Positions 1 through 13,691 of a DNA stretch of 64,000 nt are shown here, one piece after another; the first letter of the stretch is position 1, and each line of letters starts with the position of its first letter. The translations under genes and the position numbers were made by a program. The notes under the pieces were generated by a model, which had not been told where the DNA came from, did no database searches, and saw nothing but the letters and a program-made list of their open reading frames with translations. Source of the stretch: Chiloscyllium plagiosum (lineage: Eukaryota); assembly GCF_004010195.1 (NCBI RefSeq), contig NC_057726.1, positions 62,030,459 to 62,094,458 on the forward strand, given 5' to 3'.

Positions 1-815
1 GTTGGGCCACAGTGCGGTGTGGTTGATTGGTGCGTGTGTCCCAGAGATGTTCCCTAAAGTGCTCTGCTAGGAGGCGTCCAGTCACCCTCCCGTCGTGGCA
101 CCTTCCCTGCCACTGTAGGAATTGCAAAACCTGCACCCACACCTCCTCCCTCACCTCCATCCAAGGCCCTAAAGGAGCCTTCCACATCCATCAAAGTTTT
201 ACCTGCACATCCACCAATATCATTTATTGTATCCGTTGCTCCCAATGCGGTCTCTTCTACATTGGAGAGACTAGACGCCTCCTAGCAGAGCGCTTTAGGG
301 AACATCTCCGGGACACCCACACCAATCAAACACACCGCCCTGTGGCCCAACATTTCCACTCCACCTCCCACTCTGCCGAGGACATGGAGGTCCTGGGCCT
401 CCTTCACCGCTGCTCCCTCACCATCAGACGCCTGGAGGAAGAACGACTCATCTTCCGCCTCGAAACACTTCAACCCCAGGGCATCAATGTGGACTTCAAC
501 AGTTTCCTCATTTCCCCTTCCCCCACCTCACCCTAGTTCCAGCTCGGCACTGTCCCTTTGACTTGTCCTACCTGCCTATCTTCTTTTCCACCTATCCGTT
601 CCACCCTCCTCACTGACCTATCACCGAGATCCCCTCCCCCACTCACCTATTGTACTCTATGCTACTTTCTCCCTTCAGGCTCTCTGCCTTTATTCCTGAT
701 GAAGGGCTTTTGCCCAAAACGTCAATTTTACTGCTCCTCGGATGCTGCCTGAACTGCTGTGCTCTTCCAGCACTACTAATTCAGAATCTGGTTTCCAGCA
801 TCTGCAGTCATTATT
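1..815 (+). mobile_element. Penelope-like retroelement 3' fragment (GIY-YIG endonuclease, ORF 27..536) with 3' tail
   Basis: The ORF reads FTCTSTNIIYCIRCSQCGLFYIGETRR..RFREH..HF..RRLEEERLIFRLETLQPQGINVDF, the GIY-YIG domain typical of PLEs. Bases 1-83 are an inverted copy of ~269-351. The tail ctgatgaagggcttttgccc recurs elsewhere in the window. Confidence 0.85.
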
Positions 816-2424
816 TTTACCCAATAATTAACCTACCATTCTATAAATCAGTAAAATGCCATGCCTCTAGTTCTTCTTTGGGCTGCAGTTAAAAATGAAA
901 GAGATACTCAGGAGAATCCACAGGAGAGGAAAGGATTTAACTTTCTTTTTTTACCCCAGTAAAAGACAAGTGTTATTGGATGAATTCACCAAATGGTTAA
1001 AGCTAAAAGAAATTTAACAGTCCACTTAATTTACGAAGACCATGGTAAAAAAAAACTAACAAGAAAACAGAAGATAAGGCTGTAAAAATAGCATTTTGAG
1101 CTCATATGGAATTTAAAGAGAATGCCTTCGGTCAGTGGATATTTATCACAGCCGAGACTTCAGGATGTGATCTCTCGTGTTGTGACTGTGTGCTACGTAA
1201 GTACCTGCGCTGGAATATGAAACTACTGTACATGTCATTCTCTTTACGATCAAAGATCAAACAACAAGTTGAGAAAAAAGATCAGAAGAGAGTCAGAAAG
1301 TGTTCATTACTGAGAGAGAGAGAGAGAAAGAGAAAGAGACAGGAGAACAGAGCAGCTTTTCGTCCTGTGGTCCCTGAACTTACCCGCTTTGTAACCTGGA
1401 TTGTATGGACATACATTCATTGTTTGAAAAATGCTGTCTTGTGTAGTATGTGTTTTCATACCTTGGAGCTCGAGATCTGGGAACACTTTGAGTCGAGTTT
1501 GTATCTTGGGAATGTATGCTGATTTGAAATTGTGATGACAACATGTATGGTTAATATAATGTCCCTTCGAGGATGTAGCTGTGGTTGTGTAAAAAAGAAA
1601 CCTGCTATGAAATGTTGATTTTGGATTTGTTTCTTAAAGCATGGTAAACATTTACCTTTTGGAATTGGTTACTGTTAATTTAAGTTAATTGAAGAAGAAA
1701 AGTTAAGTCGAAAGACAAAACTCCTGTTTCCTCCAAACAATGTACTTTCTCTGTTGATTTGAATTTGAGGAAAGAGTCCTGGGTAAATGCTTAATTTCAG
1801 ATGTTTTACGTTTAAAGTATTATGTTTGCAATTTCATTTTTGACCAAAATAAAATTTAAGATATTATTTTAACACCTGTGTGGATCTTTAACGATAAGAT
1901 TTGCTCAACTGAAATATTCAGTCGTGTGAACACTTTCAAGTAATAAGGGAATTGGAATTTTTGAAATGCAATTCTGTTTGCACAAAATTTTCTGGCGATA
2001 TGTTTTCATATCTGGGAAAACTGACATCAAGGAATTGAAAATGAGAGTAAAATCTTACCAACGAGGTCAGTTTTCTCTTGATTCAAAAATTAATTATAGT
2101 ACAAGTCTTCTAGTGCTATACGTGCGGAATAGAGACTGTTGGCATAACTCGATTCAGGAGTTTTTGCCCCGCCCCTTTTAAACAAGCAGCTATCCACCAC
2201 CAACTAATCTATTCTGCCTGAAGTGGAATGGATGGATATTGTTTTGATTTTCAGATAATTGAAGATGCTCAAGACTTTTGCCAATGTGTACAAACTTCTG
2301 AAACTGTCTACAGGCTTTCAATGTCGCAACATGGTGATGGATGAGGCATCCTTTGCACATCAAACAATTCGCTAACAATGCATGTCAGCGTTGGAGAACC
2401 ACTGTGAAAACATTACATGCATTG

Positions 2425-3067
2425 TGTCATTGACTAAACCAGACCACTCAAAAGATTTTTAGGCAGGCAGCTGAGACTATAACTTTACAATTTGTTTCAG
2501 TAAGTGTACCGTGAAAATTACCGAGATTAAGTTAGCTAGATTGACTACTAGATTTTAAACACACAAAACTTTATTCACAAAACTACACAGAAACCCAAAG
2601 AACAGAATAAAGAACTCCTACAGAACTCAGCCTATCCAACTACACTTAATTATGCTGTTCCAAAGATACACAGCAGAGCCAACAGGCAACCCCCCTTTAA
2701 AAACCAGTATAAGTAGATCATGTGCTTACAGGTTAAGTTGAAGGGCAAAGAGAGAGAGAGACTTTCCACACAGCTCCCTGTTGAACTTCTCACCAGTTCA
2801 AGGACTGAAATAAAACTGCCCAGTTCAGCAAGAGAGCTAAACACTCCCCTTTCTTTATACAGGTCACTTCTCAAACATGACCACTTTGGCCTGGGGTCGC
2901 AACTGTTTACATAGAAACAAAAGATCTCTCAAAATCCTTTCATCGCTGTACTAAACCAGACTGATCAAAACCCGGCCAGGCTTATTACCCCTCTGAAAAA
3001 ATTCAAGGGCAGATTTTCCTTGAGCCAAGGAACAGGTTTTAGGAAACAAAGTACCACTTTGGTGACA
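2425..3067 (-). mobile_element. Solo LTR (Gypsy-type family)
   Basis: Termini TGTCA...TGACA are flanked by a 4-bp TSD ATTG (2421-2424 and 3068-3071). Similar to the LTRs at 9403, 14519 and 44009. Strand is inferred from the PBS next to the 9403 copy. Confidence 0.8.
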
Positions 3068-3099
3068 ATTGAGTATCAGGAAGCTCAAAGCCACTAAGC

Positions 3100-6000
3100 A
3101 CATCACGATAAAAAAAAATCTTGGCATTATAAAATATTTAAATAGAATAGTTAACGGAAAATTTAAATGCATTCTGGAAAATGTTAAAATACTTGCACAG
3201 ACTCAATAGCTATAATGCATATAAAATTGTTAGCAATTTTGAGGGAGGAAACATAATAGGGAATTCGGAGAAATTTACATATAGGTGCATCACATATGCA
3301 GCATGAGTTAGCAAATAAATTCCCTCCTTTTTACAAAATGAAGGGTTGTCTTAGAGAAAGAGCGAGCCAAGAAAGTTATTGCCTTCTGTTTGACCTCTGT
3401 TTACGATATTATGAGATTATGTTTCATTGGACTACAGATCTTTCCAGAGCTCAGGAATTAGATAGAATATTAATAGTTGAATTGCAAAATTGGACGAGAG
3501 GAAATGATTAAAGGTGGAGAGTGGTAGCTGAAGAGGAAAAAGAATGAGGACAATCGGTTACATTGGCAGTTGGGATTACATGTATTTTAGTAAAAGGAAT
3601 TTTTGGTAACAGCAATAAAGAGAGAGCTGTCTTTCACTGATGTTTGTATCCTTGTCTGTCTTTTTCTTGAGGACTGAATTTGATGATTGAGCCACCAACC
3701 AAGACATTGGGACTACAGATGGAGAGATAATTCAAGGTGCGTGACATGATCTTGGAATACCAGTATACCTGTTCAAAAAGGATTGAATGATTAAGAGCTT
3801 ATGCTTGAAACATCGACTCTCGGATGCTGCCTGACCGGCTGTGCTTTTCCAGCACTGCAATGTTTGACTCTGATCTCCAGCATTTGCAGTCCTCACTTCC
3901 TTCCTTATTTTAAAGAAGACCAAGCTTAGACTCTGCTGGTGTAAGAGTCAATAATAAGCGAATTCCAGGTAAAACAGTAATATGTTAGACTTGTGTTGCT
4001 TGATACAGTGTATAATGCAGCTCAGTTGAGTACTTGCATATGGAGATAGTTACCATTCAATGATACAATCATTCATAAAATTGGCAAGGAAGGAAACATG
4101 TTGAACAAATATACTCCGAATGGATGCATTGGAAGAGACCTGGAGAAATGTGAATCTATTTATGATGTCATTTTACTGTTATCTGCCTAAGAGAACTTGA
4201 GGATAAAGAATAACAAAAATTAAGGAGCACAGATTTGAATTTATAATTCTCAGAGGACATAGAATTTGAATATAGTTAATTTTGGAACAAATGGCGTAAA
4301 TAGACTAACTGAAAGAAAAAAAGACAAATTAAGCAGATCATTGCATTCAAAGATCAAGAGAAGAATGATAGATAGATTAGAAAATATGACACAAGGGTGA
4401 GAAAGAGATCACATCTCATGGCGGCCAAATTTCACCAGCGTGTTTAGACTTTGGAGGGTGACACATGGGCAATCAAGGTTCTGAACCCATCACCATTATT
4501 GGGACACGTTATCCTATCCCATCCCTTCCTGCAATCCATTGCACTGTATGCTGGGCTCACTGGAAGTGGGAAAATTAAGACCAATATCAGACAGGCGCAG
4601 AGCTAAATGGGAGTAGGTATGATGTCCCGCAGATAAACATATCCAGGAAGTTAAAGCTGAAATAGTAAGCAGACAAGAATGATGGTGAAAGAAGGGAATG
4701 AGAATGAGTCTGTGAGAGAAGTCGAAGATGGAGAGAATTGTGGGAATGCTGAGGAACCATTAGAAGGAGACAGAATGTTGGAATTATTTGTATCTCGATC
4801 AAGGAAATGCTACGACAGGATGCCCCACACTGCTTGGGCAATAGTAGATGTAGAGAAAAACTTGATGTCAGGAGATTCCTGGTAGATACTCAGCTCAAGT
4901 AACAAAATTAGATACCCTGAATGCAGCACTGAAATTAGGCAGAGGCTAGATATTCAACGTGAACACGGATAATATGTATGCTTTTACAGTAGTGCACGAA
5001 TATATGATGATGTGGGTTCAGCGAGGACATATTACCTCATCTAGGGGCCATGTACAACAAGATGAACAGGTTAAAGATTTGGTAGAAGAATCTAAGTTAC
5101 CTATGAACTAGTATTGATTACAAATAAAGCACATTGGATGGTAGGAACGACACAGCATTGGATTAATGAATATTAGATACAGCAGCTAAAATACTTACTG
5201 AATTACAGCAGTTACCAGGATCAAACGAAAATAAATCAGTTAGGATGATACTTCTCTCAAGTTATTCTGGATGGCATCGAGAATTTGAAACCCCTTCAGG
5301 ATATAATTACTTGATTATTGAATAATTCTCAAGGAGAGCAAAAGGCAGGGACGTGTCAACTAACACGAAATGGTGACTGACCAGTACGAGCTTCTTAAAA
5401 CCAATCACGTACCAGCTTCTAGACTGGGTATTGGGTGAACAATTGCAGAAATTCGTAGAGGAGAAGATACCCTTTGACCACCTCAACAGTTTAACGCTTG
5501 CTCATAGATTAATGGATATCCATGACGATCATAAAGGGAAATGCTACATAGGAGGGGCGGTACACATGTCGAAACATGAGGACAACTACACCAACTACTC
5601 ACAGAATGTCCACAATTTAGGCAAATACAATGCTAACATCTGGATGTCTCTACAAAAAAAACAAGCCACGTGATTGTTTAAATAAGACCAAGAATAAAAT
5701 CGACTTGTTACAGTGTCACCACGAAGGGGATCACTGGGCATGCCCAGTGGAAATGACTAGACAAAGGCTGACCAGTTATTGCATCGACTCTTAAGAGAAT
5801 AGCATACACTGCATTTCACCAGAGAATAACCAGTCTTTTCAGCAGTATGTCCTAGTTGGACAGACTTATTATTTAGCCACAGTGACCAGTTATTATTGTA
5901 TCCTGTATTGGGACATAATATTGCTGTCTGGACTTAAAATTGCCATTGTCAATATAACTGGGGGCATTATTTTTGAGGAAGAATCCTTACCCATACCAGA

Positions 6001-6850
6001 AAAACAATTAATGCTTAAGAAAACTTCCAAGATCCATTGCACAGATACAGACCAATAGGTATTGCAGTATGTCGCCACTAAACTGCCATCTATTCCACAC
6101 CTGTCAACAAGCTGGGCTTGTATCGTCAAGCAGGCTAAAGAAATCATTCACAAGTGGTCTGAATTCACTGAGGAAATCAGGGTCCACACGGATCAAGCAG
6201 ACGAGAGTCTGAGAGAACCCAGTTTGTGAGAGCAAGCAAGGGACCAGGGTGTGAATACACACATGCATTCCTGGATTTGGATTATATGTGATATAGTGGT
6301 AGTGGTCCAAGTGCATTATTTGTATTGATCTTACTAATGTGCATCGTTGAAAGACAGTTCAAGATGTGAAGAACAAATGGCAGAGCTCCGATGAAAGAGT
6401 ACGAGCACTAGACTTGGTGCCTTAAGGTGGAGGACAGCTTGGTGCATAAACCAGTGGCAGGGAGGGATGTGTTATTGGTCTGCCCATGCTGAGAGGGGGC
6501 AAAATATCGCTGTCTTTTGGCATAAGTATGATGGAGACTTTTAATTGCAATAACTGCATTGACTTGCCTGGTCCAGCATTAAAGTGAGATCGTAAGGTAG
6601 GACAATGGCAGCTTTGCGAAGGAGGTAAATCCAAGGGGACATGATCTATTTGAACAAAGACTCTTACAAATTAATGTACAAGGACTTCTGTGGCAAACGT
6701 AACTGCTAATGTCTTTAAGAGATAGTCTTATGAGTGATGGCTGAGAACAGACAACCCAAAGTTTTTTTTTTACTTTGCAAAAATTGAACTAAATATTATG
6801 AACCCATAATAAAAGAGACAAATGATGAATTAAAAGGAGGAGATTATGTC
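3100..6850 (+). mobile_element. Highly decayed endogenous retrovirus internal region (RNase H, probable env remnants)
   Basis: 4760-5140 translates with stops and frameshifts to LELFVSRSRKC..HTAWAIVD..VNTDNMYAFTVVHEYMMMWVQRGHITSSRG..QVKDL..SKLP, a retroviral RNase H pattern. A polypurine tract aaaaggaggaga at ~6831-6843 is followed by tgt. Boundaries are approximate. Confidence 0.55.
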
Positions 6851-7649
6851 CTGTAAAACCCCATGACATCAGATAAATTCATTGATACGTGAAAGTGATT
6901 GAGTTTCATTTTTATTAATGGAATAAATGTTGTCTTATTAGGTAAAGAGTTAATGTAGAAATATTCACAGTAGGATCAGTACATTTCATCTCAAAAGACA
7001 GCATGCGAAGTAAAAAAATTGTAGTGTAGCTGCAAGATATAATGGTGGTGTTTACCCGCCCTTCTAAGGTCAGGTTTGACAGAGCTGCTCACTACACGAT
7101 GGCTAAATAATTCTAAAATTAGTTGCAACCATGTAATTTTATTTATAATTAACTCTAAATTAGAACTGATATTATGAACTTCATAACAATTAGTAGAAAT
7201 AGCATTGTTTGCATCTCCTGTGTTTAGGACTGTAGGAAATATAAGATGAATAATAGAATTTGATAAATATGGCAATGACTACACAATAAATTAGAGATTT
7301 TGAACAGTCCTTCGAGATGCACAAGTCTGGGAGAAGTCTGAAAAAGAATATGATGGTTAATTTTGGAATGTAAATTAATAGGCTACATTATAAAATTGAA
7401 GGACTGATTATAACAACGTCTGATAAACGTCAAGAGATCAAAAGGTTGTTCTTAGATGTGTCCATTATTGATCAGCAGTTGCACAGAACTGCATGTATAG
7501 ATTTTGAGAGGGGGTGGGAGGCAGCGGGAGGAATAATGATATCAATGTCGCATGTAATTATTGTAACAAGAAATAAATCAAAATTCTGTATTCATCTGGG
7601 GAAACTAGAGTGTCATTGATTGATTCAATCCGAACCATGCAAAGAGGGC

Positions 7650-9400
7650 AAGTGGTATCCACATGAACACCAGATTTGGAGCAGTCTCTAGCCTCGCCTC
7701 AACTCTGGTAAAAGAGTTCTGAATAAAGGTCTATTTTACATAGAGCTCAAGATTCCTTTTTGACATATTTCTCCAAAAGTCCTTCAAAATTTAAGGGACA
7801 TCAATCGCAGAATCATCTGGATTTGGTCCTTCACTCTGAGTGCAACAAGTGACATTTTTATGCCTTTATTTGCTATCAAAATACCCCTATTTGAGCATAT
7901 TCACACATAATACAGTCTGTGACTTTTATTTTCCTTCTACGTGGGGTTCTTATCAAATCGTTCAGTTTCCTGTCAATTTGATAGGGCCCACTCAACTTTG
8001 TCATTAAATGTTGAAATACTGCCAGTAGTGACATTAATACTTGATCTCCATTCGAGAAATTATTGTCTTTTGATCTCTTGTTTGCTTCCCGTTTCATCAC
8101 ATAATGTGCTACTTTTAATTCTGTGTAGCCAATTCACCCTCTCTATTTAATCTCGTTCTAAAATTTGAAACATAGCCAAATACTGCTGTCCCTGATCTCC
8201 AACTCATAATATTTTCCTCAATTAATTTAAATGGTTCCCTCACCTAGTGTCCAAAAACAACTTCAAATGGTCAGAATTTAGTTGATTCATTAGGTGCATC
8301 CCCAGTAGTAAACTATGCAAATGCAATTCCTTAATCCCAATCGTCTGCATACTCTTGACTGTAGGCTCTCAAAATGGTCTGTAAAGTTTTATGCCATCAT
8401 TCTAGGGTTCCCCGCAATTCTGAATGCTATACAGTTGATTTAAATTTTTGCACTCGTAAGCTACCCATAATTACCTTGAATAACTTCGATGTAAAAGTGT
8501 ATCCTTGATTCGTTTGTTTTTTCTCGATAGTCCGGATCTTGTAAATAGAAACAATTTATTCACTCTTTTCCAATCCTTTTAACATGAAATTACATAATGG
8601 AGTGACCTCTGGAAATCTTGCAGACACATCCATTTCGTTCAAGGAATATTGATTCATTTTTTTTTTGTTTTCGTGAGTGGTCCTATGCAATCTATTAAAA
8701 TTATTGTATAAGGTTCCTCAAGTGGTGGGATGCATAGTAAGGGTGTTGATTTTATTACAGACTGAGATTTTCCTATTAATTGACATGTGAGACATGCCTA
8801 AAAACTATAAAATCATATCTTTATGCAGTGCAGGCCATTAAAAGTATTTTTCTATCTTGGCTTGAGTTTACCTCACTCAAAAATGACCCCCTTCTCACAT
8901 GTGCTACGAGAAACACCTCCTTTCTATAACTCACCAGTAATTCAACTTGATGAATTTCTTCCCAGTTTTCATCCACCTGAATATATATTTCCTCATCAAG
9001 ATTTCATTTTTAAGATAGTAGAATTATGATATACACTTGGAGTCGTCTTCAGTGCAAGTTTAACGATATAACTCGTGTACCTTTCCACCTTTCTGTTGTA
9101 AATCAGCTAACTTCTGTGAACTGAAAATATCCACTTGTCCTCCACCTGTTCTTGTTTAGCTTTAGCTTGTCCACCAATTCGAAATGTTCTCCCTTACCCA
9201 ACTTTTCTAAACCATCCCAAGTGATTGCTTCTACACCCAGGAAACACATAGCCTCTGAAAGAACCGTTGTTACAGAAAGCGCTCCCTATATAAACCAACC
9301 AAATGCAACACCAAAACAAAATTGCACTCACTGTTTTTGAGTGCAATAATGTGAAACCTAACCTGGAATTAGAGATTTTTATCCCGAACCAGAACTCCAA
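7650..9400 (-). mobile_element. Internally deleted Gypsy LTR retrotransposon, degenerate integrase
   Basis: The minus strand gives integrase-like fragments: LIDCIGPL, MDVSARFPE, RDAPNES..PFEVVFG..VREP, GDQVL..L..KLSGPY. A degenerate tRNA-Pro-like PBS (ttggagttctggttcgggat) lies at 9381-9400, right next to the LTR. Confidence 0.75.
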
Positions 9401-9402
9401 TT

Positions 9403-10075
9403 TGTTATGGGGTAGACCAGACCCCTCCACCCCAAAGTGTTGCAAACAGATAGCCTACATCCTAACCTTTACATTTATTTAAAGCCAAGTGTAAGGTACT
9501 GTGTTCAGGATGTGATTTGATTAGTCCATCCCAATTCTTTAATCAAATCACACTTTATTCTTACAACTCAGTTAAAATACAAAACAAAAAGGCATAGCTT
9601 TAACTCGACAGAAATACCTAACAAAGTAATGCGTTATTTAGACGTTTATCATCTATGATTCCAATTTGGGCATGATCCTCTTAACACACCCTTTGTCAAA
9701 AATGCAATCCAATAAAATAGCTACGATTCTCAAATTATGCCTATTTCCAGCCCAGAAGAAAGAGACACTCTCCCCCTTTTGATTTCTACCAGGGACCCTC
9801 ACTGCCTCAGATTGCACTCTAGCAACCAGGAACTCACGCTTTTAGCTCAGCAAACAGCAGACATCTTGAACTAACTGAAAGCTAAACTAAAAGCCTACCT
9901 GGGGTCTTTGTGAGCCCTGACCCGCTCACTCATGATTCTTTCGTCGCATTTAGAAGAAAACACCCACGAAGAAGTTAAAAACTGGCTTTCAACTGGCTGT
10001 CTGAAGGAGTCATTTCACTACCATTGTGGCAGATCACCTCTCCAGGTGAAACAGAGCAGAACCCCTCTTAAAGAC
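9403..10075 (-). mobile_element. 5' LTR of the Gypsy element
   Basis: Starts tgttatgg..agaccagacc like the solo LTRs at 14519 and 44009 and abuts the PBS. The far end is degenerate. Confidence 0.6.
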
Positions 10076-10393
10076 AAAGACTGGTTAGTTGCACCCTTCT
10101 CAGTAAGTCAGAGAGCTTTGAGATGCGAACTAGACACCTTATGCCTTTGCAAATTATTGGAAACACTTGGAATAGAAAGATAGAAAGCAACCTTGTGTGC
10201 AGCACAAGCACCAACCAAATATATCGTGTTTATCAAAGATCAGCCTCAGTCCATAAAATTCATAGCACGCAGTCCTGAGGACTGACCACCAGACCTAAAA
10301 CATTAACACTGATTTCGCTTCACAGGTGGTGCCAAATCTGCTGAGTTTTACCAGTAGCTTCTGTTTTGTGTCTATAACATTCATATTTGGTTT

Positions 10394-10701
10394 ATAGATT
10401 ACTTACAGTGCGGAAACAGGCCCTTCGGCCCAACAAGTCCATACCGCCCCACCGAAGCGCAACCCACCAAATACCCCTACATTTATCCCTTACCTAACAC
10501 TACGGGCAATTTAGCATGGCCAATTCACCTGACCTGCACATCTTTGGACTGTGGGAGGAAACCGGAGCACCCGGAGGAAACCCACGCAGACACGGGGAGA
10601 ACACGCAAACTCCACACAGTTAGTTGCCTAAGGCGGGAATTGAACCCGGGTCTCTGGCGCTGTGAGGGAGCAGTGCTAACCACAGTGCCACCGTGCCGCC
10701 C
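10394..10701 (-). mobile_element. tRNA-derived elasmobranch SINE (HE1-like)
   Basis: The minus strand begins ggcggcacggtggcactgtggttagcact (A box) ... gggttcaattcc (B box), followed by the conserved core ccggtttcctcccacagtccaaagatgtgcagg and a CR1-like tail. Other copies occur in the window. Confidence 0.85.
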
Positions 10702-11965
10702 ACATGTGTGCCTTTGTGTATGTAGGGGAGAGTTTATGTTTGGCTGGCTGCAAAGTGATTTGAAACATCCCCATCAGTTGGGAAATGAATATCAGTTAGA
10801 GAACTATATATTGGTGGTGTATTTAAAAGACTTTTGCACTCCCTGGTGTCCTTTTTAGTAGTAGCCTGTTACTGTTTTGCTCTCTGCTTCCATAGTCTGA
10901 ACTTGCAGTTGGCTTCTTCAAAAAGCCTATTCTGCACCTATCTCCCAGCAAGGCTTATGAACTCCAGTGACCCCAAGTGCTGTTCAAATGCAGAAATCGC
11001 AATGGACGAGCTATACTAATCAGTGTTACACTACTGTGAAACATTACAAAATTGAAATGTGCATGTGGAATTTAATCACTTTGACTGTACTGAAACATGC
11101 ATGGTGATGAATTAGAAAAAGGTGGCACATGAGGACTACATGAATAGCTTATACATTCCCTTAAAAATTATTGTAAAACAATAGGTAAGTTACGATGTCA
11201 CGAGTGAAATGAACTATCTGTTGATGTCATGTTGAGTAATGACATAATTTGATTGAAATATGTGATGTTATCTCCCTGTTGCTATACACCACTAAGTCGG
11301 CTTGCAGCATTTCACAGAATTATTGGCAGTTACGTTTAGGAATACATGCTGCACAACCAGATCCGTTTCCAATGTAAAATTAAAACGAACACTAACAAAA
11401 CACTGACCTTGTAAAGCGGGCAGCATAGCTGCATTCTGTGTTGCATGTGTCTATTGTTTTATGGTATTGCGCTGGCAGGTAGCTTTTTTTAATGGGAAAT
11501 AACAACTGGGGGATATTTTCTGTGAGTTTAGAGAGTTCAGTTGATGATAAAGGTCTAAATAATGCATTACCTTGTTAGGTATTTCTGTAGAGTTAAAGCT
11601 ATGACTTTTTTGCTTTGTATTTTAACTGAGTTGTAAGAATAAAGTGTGATTTGATTAAAGCATTGGGATAGACTAATCAAATCAAATCCTGACCACGAGT
11701 TTAGTGAGTTAAGTGTCCTATTCATTGTGCACCTCGAGTGAATTTCAGAAGGAAGTAAGCAAGACATAAGTCAATACATGGGTTTTATTATATCAATTGC
11801 CAAAGAAATTGTGAAATGCTGGTTTGTATGTGAACGCAAACGTTTTTGACTAGTGTCATGCATACCGATCACTGGAAAACAATTGCATTATTGTAGTGGA
11901 AGAGAATAGATTGAGAATAAATAATTAAAACAGATTTAACTCTAATGCATGTCAGGTAAGATAAT

Positions 11966-11971
11966 TTTATT
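11966..11971 (-). terminator. Candidate polyadenylation signal of gene A
   Basis: AATAAA on the minus strand ~330 nt after the gene A stop codon. Weak evidence in AT-rich DNA. Confidence 0.3.
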
Positions 11972-12300
11972 TTCTGAACGATAGCCAACAAAAAACGCCC
12001 ATCAACTAATCGAGCAGTCAATAATAGACAGACTATATTCTCGGATCTATCATTGGAATTATTCACAATTTCGGCAGACACGTTTTGCATGGCATATGCA
12101 CGCGTGGAGTGATATAGTAAATGAATAGAGATGGCTAACTGAACGATTCTTCTTTGTTATAAACCTCCATAACTTCTTAATTTGTTTTTCTATGCATGTG
12201 GGCATCGTCTGTGTTCTTTGCACTTTTACTGTCAGCCGCCCCCTAGCCTGCGTCTTCTCTATGAGTTTGCGAAATTAAGCGTTGTGTAGGTCATCTTGTC

Positions 12301-12321
12301 TCAAACTGTTGCTTGTCGAAT
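12301..12321 (-). CDS. Gene A exon 7 (last coding exon), IRQATV*; completes the ITIM ILYGR|I
   Basis: Acceptor atcttacag|ATT, phase 0 matching exon 6. TGA at 12303-12301. A further motif MTYTTLNF follows in the same frame. Confidence 0.7.
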   Translation of the reverse strand: MRQATV

Positions 12322-13028
12322 CTGTAAGATTAATGTTTTGATTTGGTGTAAATGAGTCGGCGCCCAAGGCTTAGTGATTATGTTCAATCATCAAAAAATG
12401 GACCGAGATGCAAAAGTAAAGTCGACATGCCCCAGAAATTGAATCAGTGGTGCTGGAAGAGCACAGCAATTCAGGCAGCATCCGACGAGCAGCAAAATCG
12501 ACGTTTCGGGCAAAAGCCCTTCATCCCAGAAATTGCTTGATCATGAGAGGGAGTGGCAACTGATGTCATTTAACCTGAGGATCGCATTTGTCAGGAGAGG
12601 TCAAGATGGTCACAACTTCATGGTGACTTCAGCCAGTACAGGAAACAGTTAAAAATCACTCAATGGCAGGTTATCGTTCAACAGGCTCATTAGTAAATAG
12701 TAGTAAAAAGTGCTGCTTCTTTCATCTGGTGGTTCGTCAACTAGTGCTTCGAAAACTAGTGTTTCCAAATAAACCTGTTGGGCTATAACCTGGTGTTGTG
12801 TGATTTTTAATTTTATCCACGCCAGTCCAGCACTGGCTTCTCCAAATCAAAGGACAGGAAACGACCGCGCACTACTGGTGGCATTCAGCATTGCAAATGG
12901 GCTGCCCAGATAATTCAGCAAAGGAAACCCTGACTTAGATGCAACACACAGCCGCCCCCATGTCCGTTATTCTTGATGGACCATTTGTCACATTTGTGAG
13001 CTTTTTTTGATCTATTGGTCAAACTTAC

Positions 13029-13130
13029 CCGACCGTACAAGATACTTTCATTTTCAAGATTACTAGTTGGACATTTTCTGGCATTGCTCACATCCACTTC
13101 AGCATAATGCACGACCTCAGCCAACTCTCT
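13029..13130 (-). CDS. Gene A exon 6, cytoplasmic ITIM exon RELAEVVHYAEVDVSNARKCPTSNLENESILYGR
   Basis: ccattcag|AGA ... CGG|gtaagt, 102 nt, phase 0/0. VHYAEV fits the ITIM consensus. A homologous 102-nt block exists in gene B at 53283-53384. Confidence 0.85.
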
Positions 13131-13647
13131 CTGAATGGATCAGAAAGGAAGAAAATATTTGGTTATATGGCTACTTCGTTGGCATCAGCATTTCACACAT
13201 CTGGTCATTGGACAGATTAACTTGAACTAGAAATCAAGTGCACAACATAGAACTCATTTGATTAGCATACACTAGAAAGTTAAGACAATATGAATACTAG
13301 AACTGAAATTTAAACTTGTCCTCTTGTACTCAACCTCAATGTTACGAAAAGCGTCTCCTTTCAATGAAAGTTTCTGTCTCATGGAGAGATATAATTGATT
13401 TATAAAGATTTGCAAAGAAAAAGACAATTTACTTGTTAGTTATAAAACATAATTTATTTTTATTCAGTGCTCTGATTCTAAGTGCATTCCTAGTCATTTT
13501 TTTTTTAAAAAAAGACATATCTTGATTGGAAAAATGCTTTCAGTAAGTGCAATTAAAGAGATTTTGACATCAGGTATGAAATAAAAATCTCATGATATTA
13601 AATTCTATTTACATGTTGCATAAGTCAGCATAAGCAAGTCAACATAC

Positions 13648-13691
13648 CATTTCTTCACGACGAGTTGATCTAGTTAAATAGTCTTCTTTAT
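13648..13691 (-). CDS. Gene A exon 5, cytoplasmic (Y)KEDYLTRSTRREEM
   Basis: ggtag|AT ... ATG|gtatgt, 44 nt, phase 1/0. Same length and ends (KED...EM|gtatgt) as the gene B exon at 53984-54027. Confidence 0.8.

Noticed and set aside
1106-1522. 138-aa ORF
   Set aside because: Runs through an (AG)n microsatellite in LTR-like DNA and has no recognisable domain.
11408-11519. Exon-like open stretch on the minus strand (ENIPQ..ECSYAARFT) with AG/GT ends
   Set aside because: Its phase is incompatible with gene A exon 6, it lies beyond the stop, and I saw no homolog near gene B.
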